A program made the position numbers and the translations under genes. Positions 9,374-22,432 of a stretch of DNA of 64,000 bases are shown piece after piece. The notes below the pieces were generated by a model. The model saw only the letters and a list, made by a program, of their open reading frames with translations. It had not been told where the DNA came from and did not search any database. How positions within the stretch are numbered: position 1 is the first letter of the stretch; each line of letters begins with the position of its first letter. Location of the stretch: the NCBI RefSeq assembly GCF_053078305.1, contig NZ_CP166879.1; one strand, given 5' to 3'.

Positions 9374-9732
9374 ATACCTACAGCATCACATTACCCTGGC
9401 CTCCGAGCAATAATCGCTATTACCGCCATAATCGCGGGCGCACGCACGTCAGCGCAGAGGGGCAGGCATACCGCGATAACGTCGCCCGAATCATTAAAAA
9501 CGCAATGCTGGATATCGGCCTGGCTATGCCTGTGAAAATCCGCATTGAGTGCCACATGCCGGATCGCCGTCGCCGTGACCTGGATAATCTGCAAAAAGCC
9601 GCTTTTGACACACTCACTAAAGCAGGTTTCTGGCTGGATGATGCTCAAGTCGTTGATTACCGCGTTGTGAAGATGCCTGTTACCAAAGGTGGGAGGCTGG
9701 AACTGACCATCACCGAAATGGGGAATGAATGA
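9370..9732 (+). CDS. rusA: Holliday-junction resolvase RusA
   Basis: 120-aa protein [31 protein letters not shown]... matches E. coli RusA as recalled. Confidence 0.9.
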   Translation: MNTYSITLPWPPSNNRYYRHNRGRTHVSAEGQAYRDNVARIIKNAMLDIGLAMPVKIRIECHMPDRRRRDLDNLQKAAFDTLTKAGFWLDDAQVVDYRVVKMPVTKGGRLELTITEMGNE

Positions 9733-9869
9733 TGTTTGAGTTTTATATGGCAGAACTTCTTCGCCACCGCTGGGGGCGTCTGCGCTTATATCGTTTCCCC
9801 GGTTCTGTTTTGACCGATTACCGAATACTGAAGAGTTACGCCAAAACCCTGACAGGAGCAGGAGTATGA
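9729..9869 (+). CDS. ylcG: YlcG-like small protein
   Basis: 46-aa [29 protein letters not shown]... immediately after rusA, as in DLP12. Confidence 0.5.
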   Translation: MMFEFYMAELLRHRWGRLRLYRFPGSVLTDYRILKSYAKTLTGAGV

Positions 9870-9954
9870 AGTCAGAGATAACAATCAACTAATACTGTTT
9901 TGTTGATTTTTGCTTGTAATTGGCGTTCTGGTCTGATTTTTGTGGAGTAAGTTG

Positions 9955-10338
9955 ATGCGTGATATTCAGATGGTTCTTGAGCGTTGGGGAGCGTGGGCGG
10001 CTAATAATCATGAAGATGTGACCTGGTCGTCCATTGCCGCCGGTTTTAAGGGATTAATTCCTTCAAAAGTAAAATCTCGCCCGCAATGTTGTGACGATGA
10101 CGCGATGATCATTTGCGGGTGCATGGCCCGTCTGAAAAAGAACAACAGCGATTTGCACGATTTATTAGTAGATTATTATGTAGTCGGTATGACATTCATG
10201 TCACTGGCAGGTAAGCATTGCTGCTCTGATGGTTATATCGGGAAAAGGTTACAGAAGGCTGAGGGTATAATTGAAGGGATGTTAATGGCATTAGATATCC
10301 GGTTAGAGATGGATATCGTTGTTAATAACTCTAATTAA
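9955..10338 (+). CDS. quuD: Late-gene antiterminator Q (QuuD / phage-21-type)
   Basis: [34 protein letters not shown]... matches the DLP12/21-type Q as recalled; ORF track starts 15 nt upstream. Confidence 0.8.
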   Translation: MRDIQMVLERWGAWAANNHEDVTWSSIAAGFKGLIPSKVKSRPQCCDDDAMIICGCMARLKKNNSDLHDLLVDYYVVGMTFMSLAGKHCCSDGYIGKRLQKAEGIIEGMLMALDIRLEMDIVVNNSN

Positions 10339-10527
10339 TATGCCAGTTGTTTACTAAAAGTTATTAAAAATGGGGCGTTGCAACGCCCCCCAAAATAAAG
10401 GGTAATATATAACAGAAGGTTTATATAGTTAGAAGCAAGGTTGTGCTCCTAAAGGAAGTGGCTTGAGGGAGCCACTTATATGTTGGGGAGGCAAAGCCTC
10501 CCGCAACATATCTTTTTCGTAATCAGA

Positions 10528-11626
10528 TTAGAACTGGTAAACCAGACCTACAGCAACGATGTCATCAGTGCTTACACCGAGTGCTTTAGTGAAGTCATTT
10601 TTGTCAAGCAGGTTGATTTTGTAATCAACGAAAGTAGACATATTTTTGTTGAAGTAATAGGTTGCACCTACATCAACATATTTGACTAAGTCCTGATCGC
10701 CCCATACTCCAAGATCCTTACCTTTAGATTGCAGGTAAGCAACGGACGGACGCAGACCGAAATCGAACTGATATTGTGCAACAGCTTCGAAGTTTTGAGC
10801 TTTATTAGCAACGAAGTGATCAGCAAATACAGTCATATTCTGGGTTTCAGAATAGGTAGTGGCCAGGTAAATGTTGTTAGCGTCATATTTCAGACCTGCG
10901 GCCCAAACTTCTGCATTTTTACCGGAAGCAAATACTTCAGGAAGAACTTTCCCTGCATTAACTTGAGTGTCGGTACGATCAGATTTCGCATAAGTTGCAC
11001 CGATACCGAATCCTTCGTATTCATAGGTAGCAGAGAAACCGAAGCCATCACCGTTACCTTCGGTGTAGTTATCGAAATCGCTACGATCGTTTTTGCCTTG
11101 GTACTGAGCAGCAAAGTTCAGACCATCAACCAGACCAAAGAAGTCGTTGTTACGATAGGTTGCAACACCAGTGGTACGACCAGTCATGAACACATCTGTT
11201 TGGGTCCAGGGTATCGCCACCGAATTCTGGCAGAACGTCAGTCCACGCACCGATGTCGTATGCTACACCGTAGTTACGGCCGTAATCGATTGAGCCGTAG
11301 TCACCGAATTTCAGGCCTGCAAATGCAAGACGGGTTTTGTCTTTGGAGGAACCTTGAGATTCAGCGCGGTTGCCTTTGAATTCATATTCCCACTGACCGA
11401 AACCAGTCAGCTGATCGTTGATTTGGGTTTCGCCTTTGAAGCCCAGACGAACATAAGTAGTATCACCATCATCTGCATCGTTAGAGGAAAAGTAGTGCTT
11501 GGCATTAACTTTCCCGTACAGATCCAGCTTGTTACTGTCTTTATTATAAATTTCAGCTGCCTGAGCAGACATCGCCATCAGTACTGATGCAGCTACAGCA
11601 GAAATTGCCACTGTTAATTTTTTCAT
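10528..11626 (-). pseudogene. nmpC: OmpC/NmpC-family porin moron, disrupted by a frameshift near 11150-11250
   Basis: Two overlapping minus-strand ORFs (10528-11250, 11150-11626) jointly encode a porin with signal peptide and C-terminal VYQF; the 1099-nt span is 1 nt off a multiple of three; an extra C in gataccCtggaccc near 11215 is suspected. Confidence 0.7.
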
Positions 11627-12214
11627 CGTGAGCCCTTTTTTTTGAACTATTATTAAAAAATGATGTCACTGCGAGATAAATATTCATCTAATCAATGTGA
11701 TTATTTCAAGATGTAAGTTTTAGTTTCTCATTTAATTTGTGAGGTAGATCTCTATTTTTATCTGAGCTTTTTCTATCGAAACCTATTTATGGCTCTTATT
11801 TGAACAAAAATAAACCTATTAGCTAATTTATATTAATGGCTGTTATTTATGGAGGTTCTATAATTCGGCGGTTTAATTTAAATCAACTAAAAATAACGCC
11901 GGAAATTATTTATTGGATATTTGTTGAGGTTTTCTTATGTATTTGTGGTGGTGTTTTGAACACTCGGTAGCATTCTCATAAATATCATTCAGTGGTTTAC
12001 GTACGTAAAAAATTGGTTATGCTGTTAAGAGTGGTTACTTCGTCACACAGCTTAAACCCGCCGTCGAGCTGGTTTTTCCATTTTTTGAGTCTCGATATTA
12101 GCTGATAACTCAATACCTGAGTTATTCACTGACTCCGAGTCTGTTACGTTTCTGCTTTTTTGCGATACGTTGTATTCCCTCAATTTACACCCGCTTTGTC
12201 TGCGAGGTGGGGTT

Positions 12215-12430
12215 ATGAAATCCATGGATAAGTTAACAACGGGTGTCGCCTATGGCACCTCAGCAGGTAGTGCCGGTTACTGGTTTTTACAGCTGCTCGA
12301 TAAAGTCACGCCCTCACAGTGGGCAGCAATAGGTGTGCTGGGTAGCTTGGTATTTGGCCTGCTGACGTACCTGACAAACCTTTATTTCAAGATTAAAGAA
12401 GATAAGCGCAAGGCTGCGAGAGGTGAATAA
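12215..12430 (+). CDS. S: Class II holin/pinholin (S21-type) with dual-start motif
   Basis: [29 protein letters not shown]... matches phage-21 S as recalled; Met-Lys-Ser-Met dual start. Confidence 0.8.
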
Positions 12431-12927
12431 TGCCTCCATCATTACGAAAAGCCGTTGCTGCTGCTATTGGTGGCGGAGCAATTGCTATAGCATCAGTGTT
12501 AATCACTGGCCCAAGTGGTAACGATGGTCTGGAAGGTGTCAGCTACATACCATACAAAGATATTGTTGGTGTATGGACTGTATGTCACGGGCATACAGGA
12601 AAAGACATCATGCTCGGTAAAACGTATACCAAAGCAGAATGCAAAGCACTCTTGAATAAAGACCTTGCCACTGTCGCCAGACAAATTAACCCGTACATCG
12701 AAGTCGATATACCGGAAACAACGCGCGGCGCTCTTTACTCATTCGTTTACAACGTGGGTGCTGGCAATTTCAGAACATCGACGCTTCTTCGCAAAATAAA
12801 CCAGGGCGATATCAAAGGCGCATGTGATCAGCTACGTCGCTGGACATATGCTGGCGGTAAGCAATGGAAAGGTCTCATGACTCGTCGTGAGATTGAGCGT
12901 GAAATCTGTTTGTGGGGTCAGCAATGA
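12430..12927 (+). CDS. R: SAR endolysin (signal-anchor-release lysozyme, R21-type)
   Basis: Hydrophobic N-terminal SAR domain ([20 protein letters not shown]) followed by a lysozyme-like domain. Confidence 0.85.
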   Translation: MPPSLRKAVAAAIGGGAIAIASVLITGPSGNDGLEGVSYIPYKDIVGVWTVCHGHTGKDIMLGKTYTKAECKALLNKDLATVARQINPYIEVDIPETTRGALYSFVYNVGAGNFRTSTLLRKINQGDIKGACDQLRRWTYAGGKQWKGLMTRREIEREICLWGQQ

Positions 12928-13385
12928 ACAGAGTAACCGCGATTATCTCCGCTCTGGTTATCTGCATCATCGTCTGCCTGTCATGGGCTGTTAATCATTA
13001 CCGTGATAACGCCATTACCTACAAAGCCCAGCGCGACAAAAATGCCAAAGAACTGAAGCTGGCGAACGCGGCAATTACTGACATGCAGATGCGTCAGCGT
13101 GATGTTGCTGCGCTCGATGCAAAATACACGAAGGAGTTAGCTGATGCGAAAGCTGAAAATGATGCTCTGCGTGATGATGTTGCCGCTGGTCGTCGTCGGT
13201 TGCACATCAAAGCAGTCTGTCAGTCAGTGCGTGAAGCCACCACCGCCTCCGGCGTGGATAATGCAGCCTCCCCCCGACTGGCAGACACCGCTGAACGGGA
13301 TTATTTCACCCTCAGAGAGAGGCTGATCACTATGCAAAAACAACTGGAAGGAACCCAGACGTATATTAATGAGCAGTGCAGATAG
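12924..13385 (+). CDS. Rz: Spanin inner-membrane subunit Rz
   Basis: [39 protein letters not shown]... matches lambda Rz as recalled. Confidence 0.85.
   Translation: MNRVTAIISALVICIIVCLSWAVNHYRDNAITYKAQRDKNAKELKLANAAITDMQMRQRDVAALDAKYTKELADAKAENDALRDDVAAGRRRLHIKAVCQSVREATTASGVDNAASPRLADTAERDYFTLRERLITMQKQLEGTQTYINEQCR
13144..13326 (+). CDS. Rz1: Spanin outer-membrane lipoprotein Rz1, embedded in Rz in the +1 frame
   Basis: [24 protein letters not shown]...PPPPPAW... with lipobox and proline-rich stretch; matches lambda Rz1 as recalled. Confidence 0.8.
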   Translation: MRKLKMMLCVMMLPLVVVGCTSKQSVSQCVKPPPPPAWIMQPPPDWQTPLNGIISPSERG

Positions 13386-13416
13386 AGCTGCCCATATCGA
13401 TGGGCAACTCATGCAA

Positions 13417-13701
13417 TTATTGTGAGCAATACACACGCGCTTCCAGCGGAGTATAAATGCCTAAAGTAATAAAACCGAGCAATCCATTTACGAATGTTTG
13501 CTGGGTTTCTGTTTTAACAACATTTTCTGCACCACCACAAATTTTTGCTGCATCGACAGTTTTCTTCTGCCCAATTCCCGAAACGAAGAAATGATGGGTG
13601 ATGGTTTCCTTTGGTGTTACTGCTGTAGGTTTGTTTCCAACAGTAAACGTCTGTTGAGCACATCCTGTAATAAGCATTGCCAGAGCGGCAGAAAACAACA
13701 T
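13417..13701 (-). CDS. bor: Bor lipoprotein (serum-resistance-associated)
   Basis: Lipobox LITGC and ...ETITHHFFVSGIGQKKTVDAAKICGGAENVVKTETQQTF... match lambda Bor as recalled; the lambda N-terminal MKK is absent because the A-run is one nt shorter. Confidence 0.85.
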   Translation of the reverse strand: MLFSAALAMLITGCAQQTFTVGNKPTAVTPKETITHHFFVSGIGQKKTVDAAKICGGAENVVKTETQQTFVNGLLGFITLGIYTPLEARVYCSQ

Positions 13702-13876
13702 TTTTTCATCTTATTATCCTGCATTGTTAAAAACGGCAGAATCCTATGTGACAACAATTAAACGATAGTTAAATGGATTGATGAAAATTAAAACTATATA
13801 GGTGGATGCTCAGCCTATTGGAGGAGGGGGGGCACTCAGAATCCTGTGGAATGAAATAAACCGCTCTATCTGTCCA

Positions 13877-14101
13877 TTACCCTTTTAGCTGCGCTGTATC
13901 GTCGCCGTATTCCCGCATTAACCATGACCGTAGCCCGACGGGGAATTCCTTCTGCGTGAGTGTGCGGGAATAATCAAAAACGATGCACACCGGGTTTTTA
14001 CCGCGTTTATGGTTCGCGGGGGTGTCCCTCATGCTCGCCAGTCCTGTGCGGGGGTGGAAGAAACAGGACGTGTATTCAGGTCTGTGTGACTGTGGTCGCA
14101 A
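13877..14101 (-). CDS. Hypothetical protein between bor and cos
   Basis: 74-aa ORF; positional analogue of lambda/DLP12 ORFs downstream of bor; no motif recognised. Confidence 0.3.
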   Translation of the reverse strand: MRPQSHRPEYTSCFFHPRTGLASMRDTPANHKRGKNPVCIVFDYSRTLTQKEFPVGLRSWLMREYGDDTAQLKG

Positions 14102-14149
14102 GACTTTTGTCGTTCAGCTATTAAATCCCATTACGAAGTAGACCAGAAC

Positions 14150-14375
14150 GGCCAACGGGTCCTTTCCGGCGATCCGACAGGTTACGGGGCGGCGACCTCG
14201 CGGGTTTTCGCTATTTATGAAAATTTTCCGGTTTAAGGCGTTTCCGTTCTTCTTCGTCGTAACTTAATGTTTTTATTTAAAATACCCCCTGAAAAGAAAG
14301 GAAACGACAGGTGCTGAAAGCGAGCTTTTTGGCCTCTGTCGTTTCCTTTCTCTGTTTTTGTCCGTGGAATGAACA
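14150..14375 (+). promoter_or_regulatory. Helper prophage cos site (cosQ-cosN-cosB); cosN cohesive-end sequence GGGCGGCGACCT at 14187-14198
   Basis: gttacggggcggcgacctcgcgggttttcgctatttatgaaaattttccgg matches the lambda cos region as recalled and sits directly upstream of Nu1. Confidence 0.85.
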
Positions 14376-14895
14376 ATGGAAGTCAACAAAAAGCAGCTGG
14401 CTGACATTTTCGGTGCGAGTATCCGTACCATTCAGAACTGGCAGGAACAGGGAATGCCCGTTCTGCGAGGCGGTGGCAAGGGTAATGAGGTGCTTTATGA
14501 CTCTGCTGCCGTTATAAAATGGTATGCCGAAAGGGATGCTGAAATTGAGAACGAAAAGCTGCGCCGGGAGGTTGAAGAACTGCGGCAGGCCAGCGAGGCA
14601 GATCTCCAGCCAGGGACTATTGAGTACGAACGCCATCGACTTACGCGTGCGCAGGCCGACGCACAGGAACTGAAGAATGCCAGAGACTCCGCTGAAGTGG
14701 TGGAAACCGCATTCTGTACTTTCGTGCTGTCGCGGATCGCAGGTGAAATTGCCAGTATTCTCGACGGGATCCCCCTGTCGGTGCAGCGGCGTTTTCCGGA
14801 ACTGGAAAACCGACATGTTGATTTCCTGAAACGGGATATCATCAAAGCCATGAACAAAGCAGCCGCGCTGGATGAACTGATACCGGGGTTGCTGA

Positions 14896-14921
<26 letters not shown>
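14376..14921 (+). CDS. Nu1: Terminase small subunit Nu1
   Basis: 181-aa protein near-identical to lambda Nu1 as recalled (MEVNKKQLADIFGASIRTIQNWQEQGMPVLRGGGKGNEVLYDSAAV...). Confidence 0.95.
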
Positions 14922-17850
<2,929 letters not shown>

Positions 17851-17977
17851 TTATGTCTATCATCTCCCCGTAGTTGTCCGCATCGTTCGCCAACTCCACT
17901 GAAACCCTTGCTGCGGCTGGAATGTCGTTTTCCATACTTTTGATGACCGTTCATCACACTTCCAGGTTTTCGCGGTT

Positions 17978-18031
17978 TTGTGTATTGCAATGTGTATTGC
18001 AAATTGGCGATCGGGATGGGTGTGTATTGCA
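17978..18031. repeat. Three copies of TGTGTATTGCAA upstream of the island integrase (attL-proximal, putative integrase binding sites)
   Basis: Copies at 17978-17989, 17990-18001 and 18020-18031; the same motif occurs in tandem at 29588-29610 near the other island end. Confidence 0.7.
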
Positions 18032-18050
18032 AATCTCTTGAGGGCTGTTA

Positions 18051-19292
18051 ATGGCTATTGAAAACAAACTCAGTGACAAACTGTTAAAGAGTCTTGTCGG
18101 AAAACGGCAGGACAAACAAAAAACAATAGCGGATGGGCGCGGGTTGTCTGTGCGTGTAAGCATGGTTGGGGGGATCAGCTTTGTTTTTTACTATCGTCTT
18201 GGTGGCAGGGAATCCCCTCCGGTATGGCTTACACTTGGGCGCTATCCTGATATGTCTCTTGCAACAGCCAGGCGCATGCGTGATCAGTGCCGTGAGTGGC
18301 TGGCTGAAAATCTGGACCCCCGCAGGCAAATAAAACTTGCCGCCGAAAAAACCATGCAACCAGTGACCGTAAGGGATGCGCTGTTTTACTGGTACGACAA
18401 TCACGCCACAACAGCCAGAAAAGAGCATGAATATTTAATAAAACGATTTGAAAAGCATATCTTCCCCTATATCGGTGATATGGCTATAGAACAGTGCAAA
18501 TTACACACATGGCTTGCCGTCTTTGACAGGATCAAAAAAAATGCGCCTGTTATGTCTGGTGCAATTTTTCTTGATATCAAACAGGCGTTGCGTTTTTGTC
18601 GCGTCAGGCAATACATCGCGTGCGATCCCTTTGGCGATATTAACGTAAGTTATGTCGGGCGCTCATCCGGTATAAGGGATCGCGTTCTTAATATCAATGA
18701 AACAGCGGATGTATGGTCTTATGCTTACGGTAATAATTTGCTGACACTGTCATCAATACATAACAGAAGAATAATGGTTATCTGCCTGGTGTTTGGTTGC
18801 CGTCAGCAGGAGGCGAGGTTATCCACATGGGACGAATGGGATTTAAAAAACTGGGTATGGACAGTCCCAAAAGAGCACAGCAAAAACAAGGAGGCCATAG
18901 TAAGGCCTGTTCCTGACGGCATAAAACAATGGCTCGTTAATCTTTACGCAGAAACAAAAAATCGCGGTTATGTTGTCGGTTGTGCTTTGCAAAGGGCGAC
19001 AATAACAGGGGCTGCAAACAGAATATGCAGGCGTCTTGGTCATGATATTAATGGCTTGTGGTGCATACATGATTTCAGGCGCACATTTTCCACTGCGCTT
19101 AATGATATGGGGGCGGATCCTTATATTGTCGAACTTCTTTTAGGTCATAAAGTGAAAGGGGTTGCCGGTGTTTACAATAAAAGCAGGCATATAAAGAAAA
19201 AACTTGAGGTGCTTAATATGTGGGTTAATTACCTTAATACGATAGCAGGATTTAACAACAACGTTATCGAGCTTAATAAAGAGGTGGTGTGA
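18051..19292 (+). CDS. int: Tyrosine integrase (P4-type, N-terminal arm-binding DUF4102-like domain)
   Basis: 413-aa ORF; N-terminal region resembles P4-family integrases; C-terminal catalytic motifs HDFRRTF, LLGH and VYNKS (Tyr). Confidence 0.9.
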   Translation: MAIENKLSDKLLKSLVGKRQDKQKTIADGRGLSVRVSMVGGISFVFYYRLGGRESPPVWLTLGRYPDMSLATARRMRDQCREWLAENLDPRRQIKLAAEKTMQPVTVRDALFYWYDNHATTARKEHEYLIKRFEKHIFPYIGDMAIEQCKLHTWLAVFDRIKKNAPVMSGAIFLDIKQALRFCRVRQYIACDPFGDINVSYVGRSSGIRDRVLNINETADVWSYAYGNNLLTLSSIHNRRIMVICLVFGCRQQEARLSTWDEWDLKNWVWTVPKEHSKNKEAIVRPVPDGIKQWLVNLYAETKNRGYVVGCALQRATITGAANRICRRLGHDINGLWCIHDFRRTFSTALNDMGADPYIVELLLGHKVKGVAGVYNKSRHIKKKLEVLNMWVNYLNTIAGFNNNVIELNKEVV

Positions 19293-19293
19293 T

Positions 19294-19551
19294 ATGGCAA
19301 TTTATTCTCTTGTTGATGAAAACGATTTGCGCACAATGAAGGACATTGATCGGTTCATTCGTGAAAAAGAGTGCATAGCACTTACCACGCTGGCAAACTC
19401 AACACGCTGGAAAATGGAGCAGGCAGGTAAATTCCCGCGACGTATCAAGATCGGTGAACGTGCGGCAGGGTATCGACTTTCAGAGGTTCAGGCATGGATC
19501 CGTGGTGAGTGGCATCCTGGATGGAAACCTGGAAAAACAAAACAGCAATAA
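19294..19551 (+). CDS. alpA: AlpA-family excisionase/transcriptional regulator
   Basis: 85-aa HTH protein (ALTTLANSTRWKMEQAGKFPRRIKIGERAAGYRLSEVQAWI) immediately downstream of int. Confidence 0.7.
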   Translation: MAIYSLVDENDLRTMKDIDRFIREKECIALTTLANSTRWKMEQAGKFPRRIKIGERAAGYRLSEVQAWIRGEWHPGWKPGKTKQQ

Positions 19552-19605
19552 CCAGTAAATAACGCCCCTCATCAAGAGGGGTTTTTGTCTATAGGGTAAA
19601 ACGCG

Positions 19606-20184
19606 ATGAATAAAAATATTGCCGTGACGGGCAAGGGGTACGCTCGTCCAGTGAAAAAATTCTGTGATATTCGTGATCTTGTCGTTCTGCGCTTTGATGG
19701 TGTGAGCGTTCGCGTGGTGTATGTGAACGGCGATCCGTGGTTTGTTGCCGTTGACGTGTGCGCTGCGCTGGAAATTGTTGATCACAAGGTTGCGTTACGC
19801 CGTCTCGATGATGATGAAAAGGGGGAGTGTTTAATACCCACCCCAGGTGGAAATCAAACAATGCGAACGGTATGCGAGTCAGGGTTCTACAAACTAATCG
19901 CCAGAAGTCGGAAAGCTGTTACTCCTGGCACGTTCGCCCGTCGTTTCAGTAACTGGGTATTCAGAAATGTGATACCAGGTATCAGAAAAACGGGGGCTTA
20001 TGGTATCCCGTGGGGGGCATTACAGGATTTTTCCCGCCGTAAAGAGCAATATCAAATAAGTGCCAGCGAGAAGGGGAGGGAGCTACAGGCATGTAAGCGC
20101 AAAAAACGTGAACTGGAGGAAGAAGAAAAAAGGCTGATACGTGAATATCAGCCTGAGTTTTACTTTGGTGAGCGTATTCAGTAA
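19606..20184 (+). CDS. Bro-N domain protein (prophage antirepressor-like)
   Basis: N-terminal Bro-N-like region (VRVVYVNGDPWFVAVDVCAALEI...FYKLIARSRKA) with a charged coiled C-terminus. Confidence 0.6.
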   Translation: MNKNIAVTGKGYARPVKKFCDIRDLVVLRFDGVSVRVVYVNGDPWFVAVDVCAALEIVDHKVALRRLDDDEKGECLIPTPGGNQTMRTVCESGFYKLIARSRKAVTPGTFARRFSNWVFRNVIPGIRKTGAYGIPWGALQDFSRRKEQYQISASEKGRELQACKRKKRELEEEEKRLIREYQPEFYFGERIQ

Positions 20185-20521
20185 CCACACGCGGTGCTGA
20201 TTATACGGTACATCGTGTTAACCGAGAAGCTACCCACCAGCAAGGCAAAATCTTCTGCTAAAAAATGACATATGGCCAGTCGTCCGGAAAGCATGAAATT
20301 TTACAAAAATGGAAAATGAAGATTTTTATTGTGCTGGTGGGTAAAAACAAAAAGCGCCCCGTTGCCGGAGCGCCCTTGTGAACAATTAACCTGCTGCGAA
20401 AAAATTGGATCAGTGCAGGGAAATTATATCAACTGTGTGAAGAAGCGCCACAATTGCCAGTTTAGCTTTGCGGCGAACGCGTCAATAAAGAATATTCTTT
20501 CTTTAAATTCTGTTTGTGTAT

Positions 20522-20551
20522 TTTTTCGTAGTTTTTCGTAGTTTTTCGTAA
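20522..20551. repeat. Tandem decamer repeat (TTTTTCGTAG)x3 in island intergenic region
   Basis: ttttttcgtagtttttcgtagtttttcgtaagg; a related palindromic motif cgaaattttcgtag occurs at 29194-29207. Confidence 0.8.
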
Positions 20552-20647
20552 GGAGAAAGAGCGGCGCGTATGCACCGCTAAGGAGTTTATTTTCATGACT
20601 TATGCAGCTTTCAATCTTAGCACCGCCGTAGCTGGTGGACAAGGCTA

Positions 20648-20875
20648 TCAGCCAGGCGGTCGGTTTTTAGTGGCTTTTAACCGCCGTGGGTATTTCTCGA
20701 CAAAATCTTCAAGGGCAAATTTTTCTGGTGGCACTAAGCGCGGCGCTGGTGGTGGTATTTTTGTTCTGGTTAGTTCTTCCTCAAGTCTGGCGCAGGCTTC
20801 TAACTGCCTTTGCCGGATGATTTCATCATCTTGCGTTTGCGTGTCTTGTATTGGTGATAGTGTGTTGTTGGTCAT
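20648..20875 (-). CDS. Hypothetical protein (island, leftward operon)
   Basis: 75-aa acidic ORF downstream of the RHH gene on the minus strand; weak RBS. Confidence 0.35.
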   Translation of the reverse strand: MTNNTLSPIQDTQTQDDEIIRQRQLEACARLEEELTRTKIPPPAPRLVPPEKFALEDFVEKYPRRLKATKNRPPG

Positions 20876-20932
20876 GATACTGCCCTGTAAAGCAATGCGC
20901 CGGAGTACCTCACGCCACGGCGCTGATAGTGA

Positions 20933-21238
20933 TTATTCTGATTCTTGGGTCTTGCGACGCTGGAGTTCTTCGCGTGCAACGGTGACAAGTTGCCCGATTT
21001 CTTCCGCTGCTTTGATGCCGATTTGTTCGACCTTAGCCAGAGCATCCAGTGAAGACACAAGGGGATTTTCTCCGCTGCCTTCTGCCTGGCGGCGGGCGAT
21101 TTCACCGCGCATGGCGGTTACTATGAATCCGGCGTTGCTTTCACCGTCCAGTTTTACGGATTCCATGCCTTCAATAACATCATGCGGGATCCGAGCTGTC
21201 AGTGATTGTGATTTTGCGTTTTTTGAACCTGTAGCCAT
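20933..21238 (-). CDS. Ribbon-helix-helix (CopG/Arc-like) putative regulator, divergent from the island rightward operon
   Basis: SLTARIPHDVIEGMESV resembles an RHH beta-strand plus helix; ATG 21238 with RBS gaggat preferred over the TTG at 21253. Confidence 0.45.
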   Translation of the reverse strand: MATGSKNAKSQSLTARIPHDVIEGMESVKLDGESNAGFIVTAMRGEIARRQAEGSGENPLVSSLDALAKVEQIGIKAAEEIGQLVTVAREELQRRKTQESE

Positions 21239-21797
21239 CTGTAATCCTCTCAATGAAAGTGTAAGACAATATACACATAAAAAGTCTTACATAAAAGCAT
21301 TGACATGTAAGCCACCTATAAATAAAGTTACTTACACCTTGTTAATGCAAGGTGCAGAAACGACGAAACCCGGCAGTGCGCTAACACTAACCGGGCTTCT
21401 AACCACCAACGATAGAAAGCGTATCGAGGTAGCTATGAGAAATCATACCACACACCCGCAAGGGCGGGACTCGCACAACCTGAATAAATACATCTGGCGT
21501 TTTCTGGCCCGAAAAAACCAGTTGATCGCCAGTGTCGAAAATAGCTATGATTCCCGCGCACCTCATAAAACGGGTGCCGGGATTGGCGTCCTGGGCAAAA
21601 CTGAAGCGCATAACACGCGCCCCGCGTGTTTTTTTGTGCCGCATAGTCACACCTTATCAATGGTGGGCTGTACGGGGGCGGAGCAATCCGCGCCGGTTTC
21701 TTCAGTGTCCGGTTACGCCAACCCTGTACAGTCCGCCACCAGCGAAATTGGCGTTTCCGGTGGCGGTTATCTTAACCACACTGAGGAGGCTGCCAAC

Positions 21798-21989
21798 ATG
21801 GCTACTATCCCTACCCTTGTACATTCTCAAACCGCCTTTCTCTGGCGCTTTATCATCTTTGGCGCGTCAGACCATCAAATCATCCACGTCACCGCCTGGA
21901 CGGAACGCGAAGCGCGTAGCCGTTGCCCGTCCGGTTGTGTTGCTGTATTCGCCGCCCGTATTCGTCAGGAGGTGTGCCATGTGCAATAA
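21798..21989 (+). CDS. Icd-like small protein (host cell-division inhibitor family, tentative)
   Basis: 63-aa ORF with strong RBS gaggagg; MATIPTLVHSQTAFLWRFIIFGASDHQIIHV... recalled as resembling Icd-like proteins of P4-type islands; it is the only plausible part of ORF 20595-21989. Confidence 0.4.
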   Translation: MATIPTLVHSQTAFLWRFIIFGASDHQIIHVTAWTEREARSRCPSGCVAVFAARIRQEVCHVQ

Positions 21990-22431
21990 AACCACACCGG
22001 ACGCAGCCGCCGCGCTCACTACACTGATGCACGCGCTGATTGATATTTCTGTTATTGCTGACAGGGCGCATAAGCACGCCACCAGTGAAACAGAATATGC
22101 CGGGGCTTTCGTTCCTCATTCGCTGGCGGTTATGCAACTTAGTGCTGATATGGCGCTGAATGAGGCCAAAGCTATCCTGATTTCTGATTGTGAAAATGGG
22201 GGGGGGGTTATGCGTGATGATCGTTTTAATGCCCTGAAACAGGAGTTTGATGGTGCGCCTGATGATGCAGGTGATGCGCTTTCGTCAATATCCGAACTGA
22301 TAAGAGTGGCCTTTTTCTTACTTGGCACGAAAGAATATAAATCAACTGGAATAGACGTACTGAATATTACTGCTGATTATGCGGAATATATGGCAGAAGT
22401 GGATTTAAGAAAGATAACGGACAGGGGGTAA
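21979..22431 (+). CDS. Hypothetical protein (island early operon)
   Basis: RBS aggagg before ATG 21979; the upstream part of ORF 21532-22431 is rejected as a spurious extension. Confidence 0.5.
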   Translation: MCNKTTPDAAAALTTLMHALIDISVIADRAHKHATSETEYAGAFVPHSLAVMQLSADMALNEAKAILISDCENGGGVMRDDRFNALKQEFDGAPDDAGDALSSISELIRVAFFLLGTKEYKSTGIDVLNITADYAEYMAEVDLRKITDRG

Positions 22432-22432
22432 T

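Noticed and set aside
10339-10400. Hairpin GGGGCGTTGCAACGCCCC after Q as the late terminator tR'
   Set aside because: The U-run follows the hairpin only on the minus strand, so it more likely terminates the convergent porin transcript; PR'/qut could not be located confidently.
10729-11379. 216-aa plus-strand ORF within the porin gene
   Set aside because: Antisense to the porin pseudogene; no homology features.
21532-21978. N-terminal 149-codon extension of ORF 21532-22431
   Set aside because: Pro/Arg-rich junk-like translation with no RBS; a strong aggagg RBS precedes the internal ATG at 21979.
20595-21989. 464-aa plus-strand ORF spanning the island regulatory region
   Set aside because: Ser-rich, low-complexity translation that overlaps two better-supported minus-strand genes and the intergenic switch; only its last 63 codons (21798-21989, strong RBS) are kept as the Icd-like gene.
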